Part shown: positions 1-10,287 of the stretch, one piece after another
Layout: every line of letters begins with the position of its first letter
Numbering within the stretch: position 1 is the first letter of the stretch
Origin: an uncultured Chloroflexia bacterium
Lineage (GTDB): Bacteria; Chloroflexota; UBA6077; JACCZL01
DNA: 64,000 nucleotides
Direction of reading: 5' to 3'
Assembly: GCA_963765765.1 (NCBI GenBank)
Contig: CAVXYC010000023.1
Span: 320,001-384,000, forward strand
Position numbers and translations under genes: made by a program
The notes under the pieces: model-generated
What the model was told of the DNA's origin: nothing
Databases searched by the model: none
Seen by the model: only the letters and a program-made list of their open reading frames with translations

Positions 1-57
1 ACGCCGATAACTCACGGTCGTCCGGTGAATCGACGCGAGGGAGAGAGCAACCTGGCG

Positions 58-105
58 GATGAGCTCATACGCAAGGTGCTGGACGCGGGAATTCGAGCGC
101 CCAAC
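58..105 (+). pseudogene. 48-bp remnant paralogous to the nitroreductase at 1399-2034
   Basis: Translates DELIRKVLDAGIRAPN, versus DLLIRKVLDAGIRAPN at 1477-1524; no intact ORF around it. Confidence 0.55.
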
Positions 106-117
106 CTACGGGCGGCA

Positions 118-150
118 CCATCGCCCCAACCCTCTCCCAGAGGGCGAGGG
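118..150. repeat. CCCTC-type REP-like palindrome, single arm
   Basis: CCATCGCCCCAACCCTCTCCCAGAGGGCGAGGG resembles the arm at 62299-62333. Confidence 0.6.
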
Positions 151-159
151 TGCCGGGGG

Positions 160-1096
160 CTAGAACACCGCGATTGGGTTGACCGCTGAGGCGGTGCCCC
201 GCTCCAGCCGGAGCGGGGCGATGGTGAGGGAGAACTCCCAGGAGTTGAAGCGGGCGCAGGCCCCGGCCAGGTCGTCAAGGTTGAGGTTGTCCAAGAGCTG
301 CATGCCCAGAGCGGCGAGGGTGAGCGTATGGATGGGAAGGCTCACGCCTTCCACCGGACTCGGGCGGACGTCGCTGATGCCGTCACTACCGAGCAGCGCG
401 ACGTTCCGATCCTTGAGCCAGGGGCCGCACGTGAAGTGCAGTCCGGCTAACAGATTGCCCGGTGTCCCAGGTGCCGTGGAGCCGCCGCCGCGCGTGACGC
501 CCCGTGCGAATCAGGAGCACGTCACCTGACTCTACACGCAGCCCGGCGGCCGTTTCCGCGGCATCTAGGTCCGCCGGCGTGATGGCAGTACCGGGCTCAA
601 GCGAGTCGACCTGTTTTAATAGCGGAATATCCAGAAGGATTCCACGCGAGACGATACCATCCTGACCGATCGTGATCGCATTCCTTGTGGCACCGTTGGA
701 AGTCACCACGCTCACGGGCCGGTCGTTGTAGAGCTTGCCTTGCCAGGACACGTGGCACAGCGCATCAAGATGCGAGTGCGCCAGACCATGTGGCGCCAGA
801 GCGAGATAGTCGGCGGTGGATCGATTCGTCGTTGATTCGACGATATCGCCGGCGCGGATCATCAAGTGGGTGGCCGGCGAGCGATTCTCTGGATCGGGGA
901 CGGTATTAAGCGGCCAGGCGCAGCTCACCGTGACTCCGTGGTTGATGAGGGCTGCCGCGCGTTTCGTCTGTTCGGGCGTGATCAAGTTCAGTGTGCCGCG
1001 CTCATCCTCCGCTCCCCAGCGCCCCCAGTTACTGCATTGATCGAACAACTCCTGAAAACCGGCCTGGCCGAGCTCGGTTGTCGGTGACTGGATCAT
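160..1096 (-). CDS. Cyclase family protein (kynurenine formamidase-like metal hydrolase); one frameshift near 440
   Basis: NWGRWGxxDExGTLN, HGLAHSHLDALCH, LLIRTG and C-terminal GTASAVNPIAVF motifs across ORFs 386-1396 and 160-354. Confidence 0.85.
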
Positions 1097-1140
1097 GCGA
1101 AACCTCCCTATCGCGATGGCTGCCGCGCCCGCAGAAAGCC

Positions 1141-1250
1141 CCGTAGCGCAGCGGTCTTGTGCCCCGCGCCTCGCGAGATCCGGCGGTCCGAACGGGTTTA
1201 CGCGACTGAGGATCCCCTGGGACGCAGGGCACAAGACCGCCGCGCTACGG
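1141..1250. repeat. REPIN-like inverted pair of GTAG REPs (family A)
   Basis: CCGTAGCGCAGCGGTCTTGTGCCC...GGGCACAAGACCGCCGCGCTACGG; second copy at 6876-6988. Confidence 0.8.
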
Positions 1251-1398
1251 GGCTTTACGAGTTCCCGTTTGGTTCGGAATGTCGGTTGAGTTGGGCTACG
1301 ACGGACCCATGTACTGATAGCGGTGAGTTTGCCACCGAATCCATATGCGCGCCACACTGGAACGCAGAGTATGAGCTGAGACGAAGGAGCGCACAACT

Positions 1399-2034
1399 AT
1401 GGCTGAAGAGCTAGGCCTTTTCGAAGCAATCCATACGCAGCGGGCGCTACGCTACATGAAGCCTGACCCGATTCCGGATCTGCTCATCCGCAAGGTATTG
1501 GACGCGGGGATTCGAGCGCCCAACGGGGGCAACCAGCAGCGCTGGAAGTTCATCGTGATCAAAGACCCAGAGACAAAGCGCTGGATTCAGCCCCACTACG
1601 CCGCTACCAGCCGTCCGGGCCATGCGGCGACCACGAACGATCGGGACGCGCAGACCATGTCGCGCAATGAGGCCGCCGCGAACTATCTGGGCGAGCATCT
1701 GCACGAGGTACCTGTGCTGATTCTCTGCTGCACCGAGCACGACGGCTCGGCTGGAGACGTCACCCGTGGCGCCAGCATTTACCCGGCTGTGCAGAACATG
1801 CTTCTGGCTGCTCGCGGACTCGGGCTGGCCAGCGTGCTGACCACCCGCCCGCACCGAGGTTTCGAGAAGGAGATCAAGGCGCTGCTGGGCATCCCGGAAA
1901 ATGTCGACACGGCCGCGCTGATCCCGCTTGGCTATCCGCAGGATGGGAAGAAGTACGGTCCCACCAATCGACGACCGGTTGAAGAAGTGACCTACAGTGA
2001 GCGGTGGGGAGAGGGCTGGTCGGTCGGCTCCTGA
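1399..2034 (+). CDS. Nitroreductase family protein
   Basis: RALRYMK, APNGGNQQRWKF, QNMLLAARGLGL and ALIPLGYP motifs; GGAG RBS. Confidence 0.9.
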   Translation: MAEELGLFEAIHTQRALRYMKPDPIPDLLIRKVLDAGIRAPNGGNQQRWKFIVIKDPETKRWIQPHYAATSRPGHAATTNDRDAQTMSRNEAAANYLGEHLHEVPVLILCCTEHDGSAGDVTRGASIYPAVQNMLLAARGLGLASVLTTRPHRGFEKEIKALLGIPENVDTAALIPLGYPQDGKKYGPTNRRPVEEVTYSERWGEGWSVGS

Positions 2035-2042
2035 AGTGCCAA

Positions 2043-2142
2043 CGTAGCACGGGCTCTTGTGGCCTGTGCCTGGATATTGCCGTCTCCGACCGCGAGGGCG
2101 TCAATGGCGTCCCAGGCACAGGCCACAAGGGCCCGTGCTACG
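2043..2142. repeat. REPIN-like inverted pair of GTAG REPs (family B)
   Basis: CGTAGCACGGGCTCTTGTGGCCTGTGCCTGG...CCAGGCACAGGCCACAAGGGCCCGTGCTACG between convergent genes. Confidence 0.8.
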
Positions 2143-2164
2143 AGTGCTGACTACTGTCCTTCGT

Positions 2165-2656
2165 CTAATCGTCGCCGAAGAACTTATCGATAAACCGAAT
2201 CTCTCGCTGAACGCCACCCTCGGCCCCGGGCACAGTGAACTGTCGGTCATCGTGATCGATGCGTCGCGGTGGCTCGTTCTGCGCCTGCGCTCCGAAGCGT
2301 AGGATGACCAGGTTCTCATCCGACGCGCTCTCAAACCAGTAGGGCGTCTCGCGTTTGATCACGAGGGCCTCATTCTTGTCTAGCTCGGCGGCAAGCTCAT
2401 CGTGGTTGCCATCAGGACCGATGGTGTAGAAGCGCGCCTTGCCCTGCATGACGAGCCAGATGGCGTCATTCCCGCCGTGCGCATGCATGTTAGTCTCGCC
2501 GCCATTGGCGATGACCTGGATGCTGCATGAGATCAGGTCAGTCTTGGCGCCCATCGTGACTTTTTTCCCGTACTCCATCAACTGTGGGCGGATTTCAAAC
2601 TTGTTGAAGCCATCAAGGTGGCTGCTGGACTCGTCGGTTCTCGTTTCGGTCTTCAT
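2165..2656 (-). CDS. Cupin domain protein
   Basis: GGETNMHAH..D.IWLVMQG and PYWF cupin motifs; AAGGAG RBS. Confidence 0.8.
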   Translation of the reverse strand: MKTETRTDESSSHLDGFNKFEIRPQLMEYGKKVTMGAKTDLISCSIQVIANGGETNMHAHGGNDAIWLVMQGKARFYTIGPDGNHDELAAELDKNEALVIKRETPYWFESASDENLVILRFGAQAQNEPPRRIDHDDRQFTVPGAEGGVQREIRFIDKFFGDD

Positions 2657-2690
2657 CCATCGCTCCTTCTGCAGTTGCCGCTCGACACTG

Positions 2691-3812
2691 CTATTTTTGC
2701 TTGGTCAGCTCCAGGGTTTTCTTCGTGATCTCCTCTCCGTCCGTGGTACCGAGTCGGAACTTGAATTCATTGAGTCTCGAATAGTCTGGTGATGTCAATG
2801 GGTCGTACGACTTCACGTCGAGCCGTCGGCTGCTGTTGAGCACGCTTGATGCCCGAGCATCCTGGCCCTCGGCGCTCAGCAGCCACCGCAAAACCATCTT
2901 GGACACGTTTGGATGCGGCGTGTTTTTGAAGATCGAAATACCGTTTGAGAGCAAGTAAGGGGAGGCGTCGCGGCCCACAAGCTCGACGGACTTGCCTACA
3001 CCCTGGTCCAGGAACTGGCGGTGGAGGTCGTCGTCCAGGCCGATCGCCACCGGATAGCGGCCCTGGATGACGAACTCAGTCACCTGGCTCCGAGTTTCCA
3101 GATAGCGACTTTGAGCAACGAGCTTCTTCACGAAATCCTCGCCGTTGCTCGCCAGAAGCGCCGCGTACGCGAAACTGCCGGCGTTGCCAACGGTGGGATC
3201 GTAAGCGATGATCTTGTCTTTCCATTTCGGGTCAAGCAGATCCTGCCAGGTACGAATCTCTGACGCCCCGGCCACCTCGCGATTCACGTGAAAGCCACCG
3301 CCAATGGTGAAGTAGTCGATGAGCGTGACGCGCTTGTTCGGATCGGTGTAGAGGTGAAATCCTCCGGCCCACTTCGAGTCGTCCTTGAGCTCCGCGGGCA
3401 GGACGTCGAGATACGGTGTGATGGTCTCGAGCGCATCCGCGGGCGTCAGAACCTGCAAGAGGTTAGATGTGGCTCCGAAATACATATCCCAGAGGTACTG
3501 ACCCTGGCGCTGCTCCGAGATCACACGCGGCGCCATGTCGCTCGGCTTCATGGGCACCCACTGCACGTCAAGCCAGGGGAACGCCTGCTTCACTCGCTCG
3601 GAAAAGGACTGCCACGCTGATCCCGTTGTACTGGTGAAGACCAGCACACCTTCAGCTTTGGCAGCAGTTTCGATCTCGTCCCAGTTCGTGAGGTCGGTAG
3701 ACCCCGCGGCGGCCTGCTTCGTTGCTGGGGAAGGCGGCGCGGCGGGAGCGCAAGCCACCAGGGCCACAAGTAGCGTGGCCAGGATTGTGTGGCACCTAAG
3801 GGTTCGACGCAT
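2691..3812 (-). CDS. ABC transporter extracellular solute-binding lipoprotein (AfuA/Fe3+-binding-like family)
   Basis: Lipobox LVAC, AAKAEG, WQDLLDPKWKDKI, PHPN...WLLSAEGQ. Confidence 0.8.
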   Translation of the reverse strand: MRRTLRCHTILATLLVALVACAPAAPPSPATKQAAAGSTDLTNWDEIETAAKAEGVLVFTSTTGSAWQSFSERVKQAFPWLDVQWVPMKPSDMAPRVISEQRQGQYLWDMYFGATSNLLQVLTPADALETITPYLDVLPAELKDDSKWAGGFHLYTDPNKRVTLIDYFTIGGGFHVNREVAGASEIRTWQDLLDPKWKDKIIAYDPTVGNAGSFAYAALLASNGEDFVKKLVAQSRYLETRSQVTEFVIQGRYPVAIGLDDDLHRQFLDQGVGKSVELVGRDASPYLLSNGISIFKNTPHPNVSKMVLRWLLSAEGQDARASSVLNSSRRLDVKSYDPLTSPDYSRLNEFKFRLGTTDGEEITKKTLELTKQK

Positions 3813-3970
3813 ACAGGCAATCCTCCCTGAAACCAGGTACAAACGGCCGCCATGGCCGCGCGGATAGGATGCGCAGAGTCACCAGTCGGGTTCGAGGGTA
3901 GATCAGAGCACCGGGATTCCGTCAAGCGTGGCGGTCCCAGTGTAGAGTCATTGCGATAGGAGGACGGCCT

Positions 3971-5555
3971 GTGACGCGTCCCAATTTCATCATCTTTATC
4001 ACCGATCAGCATCGAGCCGATCACCTCGGCTGTTACGGCAATTCGATTGTCTCCACACCGCAACATTGACGGGTTAGCGGCGCGTGGCTGGCGGGCAGAC
4101 GAGATGCACGTGGCCTCGCCCATCTGCATGCCCAATCGCGCTTCGCTCATGACCGGGCGGATGCCGTCGTGTCACGGCACTCGCCATAACGGGATCGAGC
4201 TCTCGCTGGCCGAGCGCACGCTGCCTCAAGCGCTGGCAGAGGCAGGCTACCGCACGGCGCACGTGGGGAAGTCGCATCTGCAGAACATCGTGGATGCACC
4301 CGGGCAATATCCTCGACCGAGCGATCCGCCGCACGCCGGCGAGGCGCGTCAGGAAGATCCGAACAAGCACGGTCAGGAGGTCTGGCGCCGCTGGGAAGAG
4401 CATCCCGACTTTGAGATCCAAACTCCGTACTATGGATTCCAGACCGTCGACCTATGCATCGAGCATGGTGACGGCCAGTATGGTCATTGGCGGCGTTGGG
4501 TTCGCCAACAATCGCCCGAAGCCGATCGGCTCATCGGCGCGGAGCACGCCTTCCCCACGCCCGACGTTGCGCTCACAACGGCCGGGCAAGCCTGGCGCAC
4601 GCGGCTGCCGGAGGAGCTCTATCCCACGAGCTGGGTGGCCGATCGGGCCATCAGCCGCCTTGGTGAATTTGCCGCGACCGACGAGCCCTTCTTTCTCTAC
4701 TGTTCATTCCCTGACCCGCATCACCCGTTTACCCCGCCCGGGCACTACTGGGATATGTATCGACCCCAGGACATGCCGCTGCCGGCCTCGTTCGACGTTC
4801 CGCATCACGACCTGCCGCCGCACGTACGATGGCTCTGGGACAGGCGCGATGACGGAACGGCTGTGAAGAACAGTCCGGCGCCGTTTGCCTGCACTGCGCG
4901 CGAGGCCCGCGAAGCGCTCGCGTTGAATTACGGGTCGATCAGCTTTCTGGACGCGGCCATCGGCCGCGTGCTGGATGCGCTGCGGAGCCTCGCGCTGGCC
5001 GACGACACGGTGGTGCTCTTCACCTCCGACCATGGCGACTTTATGGGTGACCACCAGCTTCTGCTCAAGGGACCGATTCACTATCGTGGCCTGACGCGCG
5101 TTCCCTTTATCTGGATGGACCCCGGCGCCGGAAATGGCGATGGGGGTACTTCCACCGCGCTGGTGCAGACCACCGACATTGCGCCCACCGTCCTGGCCCG
5201 AGCCGAGGTACTACCGTGGCATGGAATCCAGGGCAGGTCGCTGATGCCGCTTCTGCACGACGAGGCGACCTACTGGCGGGAGTCGCTTCTTGTGGAGGAA
5301 GAGGGGCAGCGGTACTACATGGGCTTTCCGGATCGAGTGCGCACGCGCAGTGTGCTCACCTCGCGTTACCGCCTCTCGCTCTATGACGGAGTTTCCTGGG
5401 GTGAGCTGTACGATCGGGAGGGCGATCCAGAGGAAGTGAGAAACCTGTGGAACGACCCTGGCTCTGCCGCGCTCCGCGCCGAGCTGACAACGGAGCTGGC
5501 GAGAAGCATGATTGCCCACGCCGAGATATCGCCGGCGCCGACGAATCGGGCGTGA
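3971..5555 (+). CDS. Sulfatase (formylglycine-dependent); frameshift near 4060
   Basis: RPNFIIFITDQHRAD, CMPNRASLMTG (CxPxR), GKSHL, DPHHPF, TSDHG; GGAGG RBS. Confidence 0.9.
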
Positions 5556-5571
5556 GTTTCCGCCTGCCGAC

Positions 5572-5600
5572 GTAGCACCGGCCCTTGTGGCCTGTGCTAC
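5572..5600. repeat. Single family B REP
   Basis: GTAGCACCGGCCCTTGTGGCCTGTGCTAC. Confidence 0.65.
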
Positions 5601-5679
5601 CTAAGACTCGGGTGGTTCTCTGCGCTTGACAGCTTTCCGCGCCACCTACTAGGGTGGGTTGACGCTAGGAGACAGACCC

Positions 5680-6851
5680 ATGGCCGGATTTCCCAGAATC
5701 ATCCTCACCGAAGAAGGCATGCGTGACGGGCTGCAGATCGAGAGCGCAGAGATCTCGGTGCAGGACAAGATTCGCCTGCTGGACGCGCTCTCCGAGACCG
5801 GCCTGAAGGAGATCGCGGTCGGCTCCTTCGTGAGCCCGAAGTGGACGCCGCAGATGGCCGAAGTGGACGACCTGGTGAGCGGGTTCCATCCAAAAGAGGC
5901 GTGCGGTACACGTACACGGCGCTGAACGATCGCGGCGTTGAGCGCGCCCGAGCATTCACGCCGCCGCTGTCCGAGCCGGCGCGCCTGCATGGTACGAGCG
6001 TCCACATGTGCGACGTCTTCGTGCAGCGCAACACGAATCGAACGCAGGCGCAGGAGATCGCCCGCTGGCCTGAGCGGATCGCTCGGGCGAAGGAGCACGG
6101 CGCCACGCAGGGCGGCATTGGCCTGGGCGCCGCCTGGGGCTCCAACTGGACCGGCGAGTTCAGCCTGGAACAGCGCATGCACATGCTGGATCGGCAGTAT
6201 CAGCTCTGGGCCGAAGCGGGCATTACGGTCACGCGCGTGGACCTGGCCGACCCGATGAGCTGGAACATGCCGCACCACGTCGAGCGGCAGATCGAGGCGA
6301 TCAAGGACCAATGGCCGTCGATCGTAGACTTCAACCTGCACCTGCACAATGGTCGCGGCATGGCGCTCCCCTCCACGTATGCGGCGCTGCGCGTGCTCGA
6401 GCGGCACGGACACGCTGCGGCTCCAGTCCGCCATCGGCGGCATGGCCGGCTGCCCGTACTGCGGCAATGGTCGCGCGGCGCAGATGATGGCCACCGAGGA
6501 CCTGGTCCATATGCTCGAGGACATGGGCATCAGTACGGGCGTGGACCTGTACAAGCTGATCGAGGTAGTTTGGCTGGCCGAGGAGGTGGTGGGACACCCT
6601 CTGTACGGATTCGTGTCTCGCTGCGGCCCTCGTCCGCGCTATGACAAGCTGTACGCGATGGACATGCCGCGCATCGAAACGCTGGACGAGGCGCGGCACT
6701 TCATCAAGGGACCCGGCGCATACCGGGCGCCCCCTCGCCGTGGAAGGCGCCGATTACGAGCTGGCAGCGGCCCGAGTCACAGATTGCCGAGGCGCCCTCG
6801 TCCAACGGCCACGTGCGCGAGTCGATCGGCGCGGCCGCGGAGCGCCCGTGA
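5680..6851 (+). CDS. HMG-CoA lyase / citramalyl-CoA lyase-like DRE-TIM metallolyase; about three frameshifts
   Basis: EEGMRDGLQ, GSFVSPKWTPQMA, HLHNGRG, GGMAGCPY, ATEDLV spread over ORFs 5659, 5841 and 6349. Confidence 0.8.
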
Positions 6852-6875
6852 GCGTTGTAGGCAATGGGAAGGGGC

Positions 6876-6988
6876 CTGTAGCGCGGTGGTCTTGTGCCCC
6901 GCGCCACGATCGCTGTCGAATCCGGGCGCTGTCCGTTCTGACGGGCGGGCTTCCGGGCGCGCGAGGGCACAAGACCACCGCGCTACAG
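6876..6988. repeat. REPIN-like inverted pair (family A)
   Basis: 24-bp perfect inverted arms CTGTAGCGCGGTGGTCTTGTGCCC. Confidence 0.8.
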
Positions 6989-7008
6989 AAGCGGCGAGGA
7001 GACGTCGA

Positions 7009-8241
7009 GTGACCGAGTCTGCTTTGCCGCTGGAGGGGCTGAAAGTCCTGGAGCTCAGCCACATCGTGGCCGGCCCTTCATGTGGCCTCATCCTGGCTGA
7101 CCTGGGCGCCGAAGTCATCAAGATCGAGCAGCCCGACACGGGCGATACCTCGCGCAGCCATCCGAACCAGGGCAGCACCTTCTACGCCTACAACCGCAAC
7201 AAGCGCAGCCTGGCGCTCAATCTCAAAAGCGTTGACGGCAAGGAGATCTTCCGCCGGCTCGTAGAGCAATCTGACGTGGTGCTCGATAACTACGCCGCGG
7301 GCGCGTTGAGCCGCCTCGGAGTGGACTACGAGTGGGGCAGCAAAGTCAATCCCCGCATCATCTACTGCTCGCTCAAGGGCTTCTTGCCCGGACCGTACGG
7401 CTCACGGCCGTTTCTGGACGAGCTGGCCCAGATGGCGGGCGGGTTGGCCTATATGACCGGGCCGCCCGGGCGGCCGTTACGCGCCGGCGCTTCCATCGTG
7501 GACATCGGGGCGGCGACGTACGGCGTTGTCGGCATTCTGGCGGCCGTGTATCGTCGACAGGTCACCGGACGGGGCGAGTCCATTCAGTCGGGCCTGTTCG
7601 AGACGACGGTCTTCTGGATGAATCAACACATTGCGCGGGCGCAGCTTTCGGGCATCACGCCGCTGCCATTCGCTGCGCCAAAGGACGGGATGGGCAGCGT
7701 GATGGGCTGGGGCGTCTATCAGCTCTTTCCCACCAGTGACGGACGCGACGTGTTCATTGCCGTGACGGCGAACCGGCACTGGGCGAGCCTGTGTGAAGTA
7801 CTCGGCTTTGACGACTGGGCCAAGGATCCCGGCTTCGACAGCAACACCAAACGAGCGGAGCAGCGCATTCTCATCGCCGAACGGATCGCGGGCGAGACGG
7901 TGAAATACGGCTTCGATGAGCTGACCCGGATGCTGGACGATGCCGAGGTGCCGTATGCACCGGTGAACACGCCGATGGATCTGGTGGACGACCCGCAGAT
8001 GAACGGTCGCGAACACTGGATGCCGCTGGACGTGCCGGGCCACCCGGATCTGAAAGTGCCCGCTCTGCCGATAAGCATGGGCGAGACGCATTTTGAGGTG
8101 CGCCTCCAGCCACCGCGCCTCGGCGAGCACACGGACGAGATCCTGGCATCAATTGGCTATACGCCTGAGGAGATCGAAGCACTGAAAAAGCAGCAGGTTG
8201 TGCGGCGGACGGATGCGCTGCTGAACGTGGAGGATCCGTAG
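7009..8241 (+). CDS. CoA transferase family III (CaiB/BaiF)
   Basis: PLEGLKVLELSHIVAGP, LADLGAEVIKIE, NRNKRSLALNLK, PPRLGEHT. Confidence 0.92.
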   Translation: MTESALPLEGLKVLELSHIVAGPSCGLILADLGAEVIKIEQPDTGDTSRSHPNQGSTFYAYNRNKRSLALNLKSVDGKEIFRRLVEQSDVVLDNYAAGALSRLGVDYEWGSKVNPRIIYCSLKGFLPGPYGSRPFLDELAQMAGGLAYMTGPPGRPLRAGASIVDIGAATYGVVGILAAVYRRQVTGRGESIQSGLFETTVFWMNQHIARAQLSGITPLPFAAPKDGMGSVMGWGVYQLFPTSDGRDVFIAVTANRHWASLCEVLGFDDWAKDPGFDSNTKRAEQRILIAERIAGETVKYGFDELTRMLDDAEVPYAPVNTPMDLVDDPQMNGREHWMPLDVPGHPDLKVPALPISMGETHFEVRLQPPRLGEHTDEILASIGYTPEEIEALKKQQVVRRTDALLNVEDP

Positions 8242-8262
8242 GTCGTCCTGCAGTCGCGAGAC

Positions 8263-8366
8263 GACCCCACCCAGCCCTCCCCGCTGCGGCAGGGAGGGAG
8301 CCGGATTCTCCTTAATTCCTAAACACGCTCCCTCCCTGCCGCAGCGGGGAGGGCTGGGGTGGGGTC
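8263..8366. repeat. CCCTC-type REP inverted pair between convergent genes
   Basis: ~39-bp near-perfect inverted arms GACCCCACCCAGCCCTCCCCGCTGCGGCAGGGAGGGAGC. Confidence 0.8.
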
Positions 8367-8376
8367 CCCGATCAGA

Positions 8377-8824
8377 TCACAACGTCCACGCCGGATCGCC
8401 ACCCTGCCCAACCAGACTCGGGTCCTCGCGCCAGCGCGCGGGCTGGACGTCTATGTAGATCTCCACTTGATTACCGTCTGGGTCTCGCAGGTAGATACTG
8501 TGGGACTCGCCGTGATCGGTGATGCGATCGATCTTGACGTCTTCGGCCTTCAGCTCAGCAAGGGCCGCGCGTAGCTCATCGTCGGTGTCACCGACCTTGA
8601 GCGCAAAGTGGCTCATTCCCAGCGAGCGGCGCTCTGGCAGCAGGTCCGGCGTCTGGTCCAGCCTGGACCAGCAGCAGCTCATGGTGCGTGCGGCCGGACG
8701 AGAACATGACGCTCCGCTCACCCTCACGGACAGGGCGGAATCCCAGCACGTCGCCATAGAAGTGCACCGACTTCGCCAGGTCGGAAACCGTCAGCACCAC
8801 GTGTCCGAGCTCATGAACTTCCAT
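8377..8824 (-). CDS. VOC/glyoxalase family protein; frameshifted
   Basis: LGHVVLTVSDL..S..FY.DVLG, HHELLL, SHFAL, SIYLRDPDGNQVEI. Confidence 0.85.
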
Positions 8825-8991
8825 TCGCAGCACCTCCACCCATGTTCTGAATCGTCTGCTTCGCAGCATACGCCCGGACACTACCAGTCCGCACGTGGCT
8901 CGAGCTTGATGGACTAACTCAACCAGTACGTTTGTGCTTGACGGAGGCAAAGGATTGGCGCAAGGTCTAGCCAGATTAATTGGAGCATCCT

Positions 8992-10071
8992 ATGCGTCAA
9001 TTAGCATGCGCTCTCACTATTGCAACGCTATTCATAGTGCCGATCTCAAGCGACGCGGTGATGGCCCGAGGCCCCATGCCGCTCGGTTGGGAGCAACTGC
9101 CGCTGCCGCAATCGGTGTTGCGGTTAGATGCACCGCGAACGGGTGCGTTATTCGCCAGAACATCGAGCGAGCTTCTGCGCAGCGAGGACGGCGGAATGTC
9201 CTGGCTATCCGTGCCGCTGCCACCCGGGCCTTCGATCGGCAATGCCGCGGTTGATGCGGTTGTGGTTGACCCAACGGACCAGTCGGTACTCTTCGCGGCC
9301 GGCCGGGAAGGGATCTATCGCTCCGTCGGCGAATCGGTCAACTGGACCCTGGTGCTGCAATCGAATGTTCCAGTTCTTCGAATCTCCGTGAGCGCGGCTA
9401 ACCCGCGCATTGTGTACGCGGCCATGGCGCAGGGCAGCGGCAGCTTCCAGGTATGGAGAAGCGATGATCGAGGGGAGAACTGGACGCAGATCGAGGGCCC
9501 CCTCAACGGAGCCGTCTGTATCTGGGAGGCACCCATCCTGGCTCCCCATGCCAGCGTTGCCGATCTGGTGTTCGGCTCATGGACGTGCATGGCTGGACGA
9601 GAGCTTTTCGGCGGCGGCTCGGTCCGGAGAAGTCTGGATCGCGGCGCGAATTGGACCGAGGTTCTGCGACGGTCCACATATTTCCCGCGCCTGCTGGTGA
9701 GCGCCCCGACGAACTCGAGCCGCGCCTATCTCATCGAAAATCGCGGCGCCGCCCCGGGCGACGGGTTCATGGTGCGCTCCGATGACGGTGGCGTGACCTG
9801 GACAGATGTCTTCGCGTCGGACACGGATGAGAGCCTGGGTGGTCTGGCTGTGGATCCCGCACAGGCTGACCGTGTGGCGGTGGGCACCCGGCGCCAATCA
9901 GGGGATGGCCAGGTGTGGCTCTCGACAAACGCCGGGAACGCCTGGACCCAGCTCGGCTCGCCCGAGATCGGCTCGGTCCAGAGCCTGGCATTCAGCGCGG
10001 ATCGTGCCTATCTCTTCGCGTCGACGATACGTGGAGTATTTCGCTATTCTCTGGCGGATATTGGAGGCTGA
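8992..10071 (+). CDS. Secreted BNR/Asp-box beta-propeller protein
   Basis: Signal peptide; repeated RSxDxGxxW Asp boxes. Confidence 0.75.
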   Translation: MRQLACALTIATLFIVPISSDAVMARGPMPLGWEQLPLPQSVLRLDAPRTGALFARTSSELLRSEDGGMSWLSVPLPPGPSIGNAAVDAVVVDPTDQSVLFAAGREGIYRSVGESVNWTLVLQSNVPVLRISVSAANPRIVYAAMAQGSGSFQVWRSDDRGENWTQIEGPLNGAVCIWEAPILAPHASVADLVFGSWTCMAGRELFGGGSVRRSLDRGANWTEVLRRSTYFPRLLVSAPTNSSRAYLIENRGAAPGDGFMVRSDDGGVTWTDVFASDTDESLGGLAVDPAQADRVAVGTRRQSGDGQVWLSTNAGNAWTQLGSPEIGSVQSLAFSADRAYLFASTIRGVFRYSLADIGG

Positions 10072-10287
10072 TTCTCCGTGACGAATTCTTTGACCCCTTA
10101 AATTCCGGTGGCCCGCTTGGACGACGTCGCTCCTGCTAACGAAGCTGGATGTCCTGTCAATCTACGGTCGCGAGATTATTTGGTCTTGGAATTTCACCAA
10201 CCGCCTTGGCCCAGGCGGACCGAGCTTATCCCTCGAAGGGGCCTTAAATAGGCCCCGGGCAGCGATTAACACCCTAAGGGGGACGAC

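Noticed and set aside
6349-8241. Apparent 630-aa lyase/CoA-transferase fusion
   Set aside because: A frameshift near 6725 reads through a REPIN. The lyase stops at 6851 and the transferase has its own RBS and GTG at 7009.
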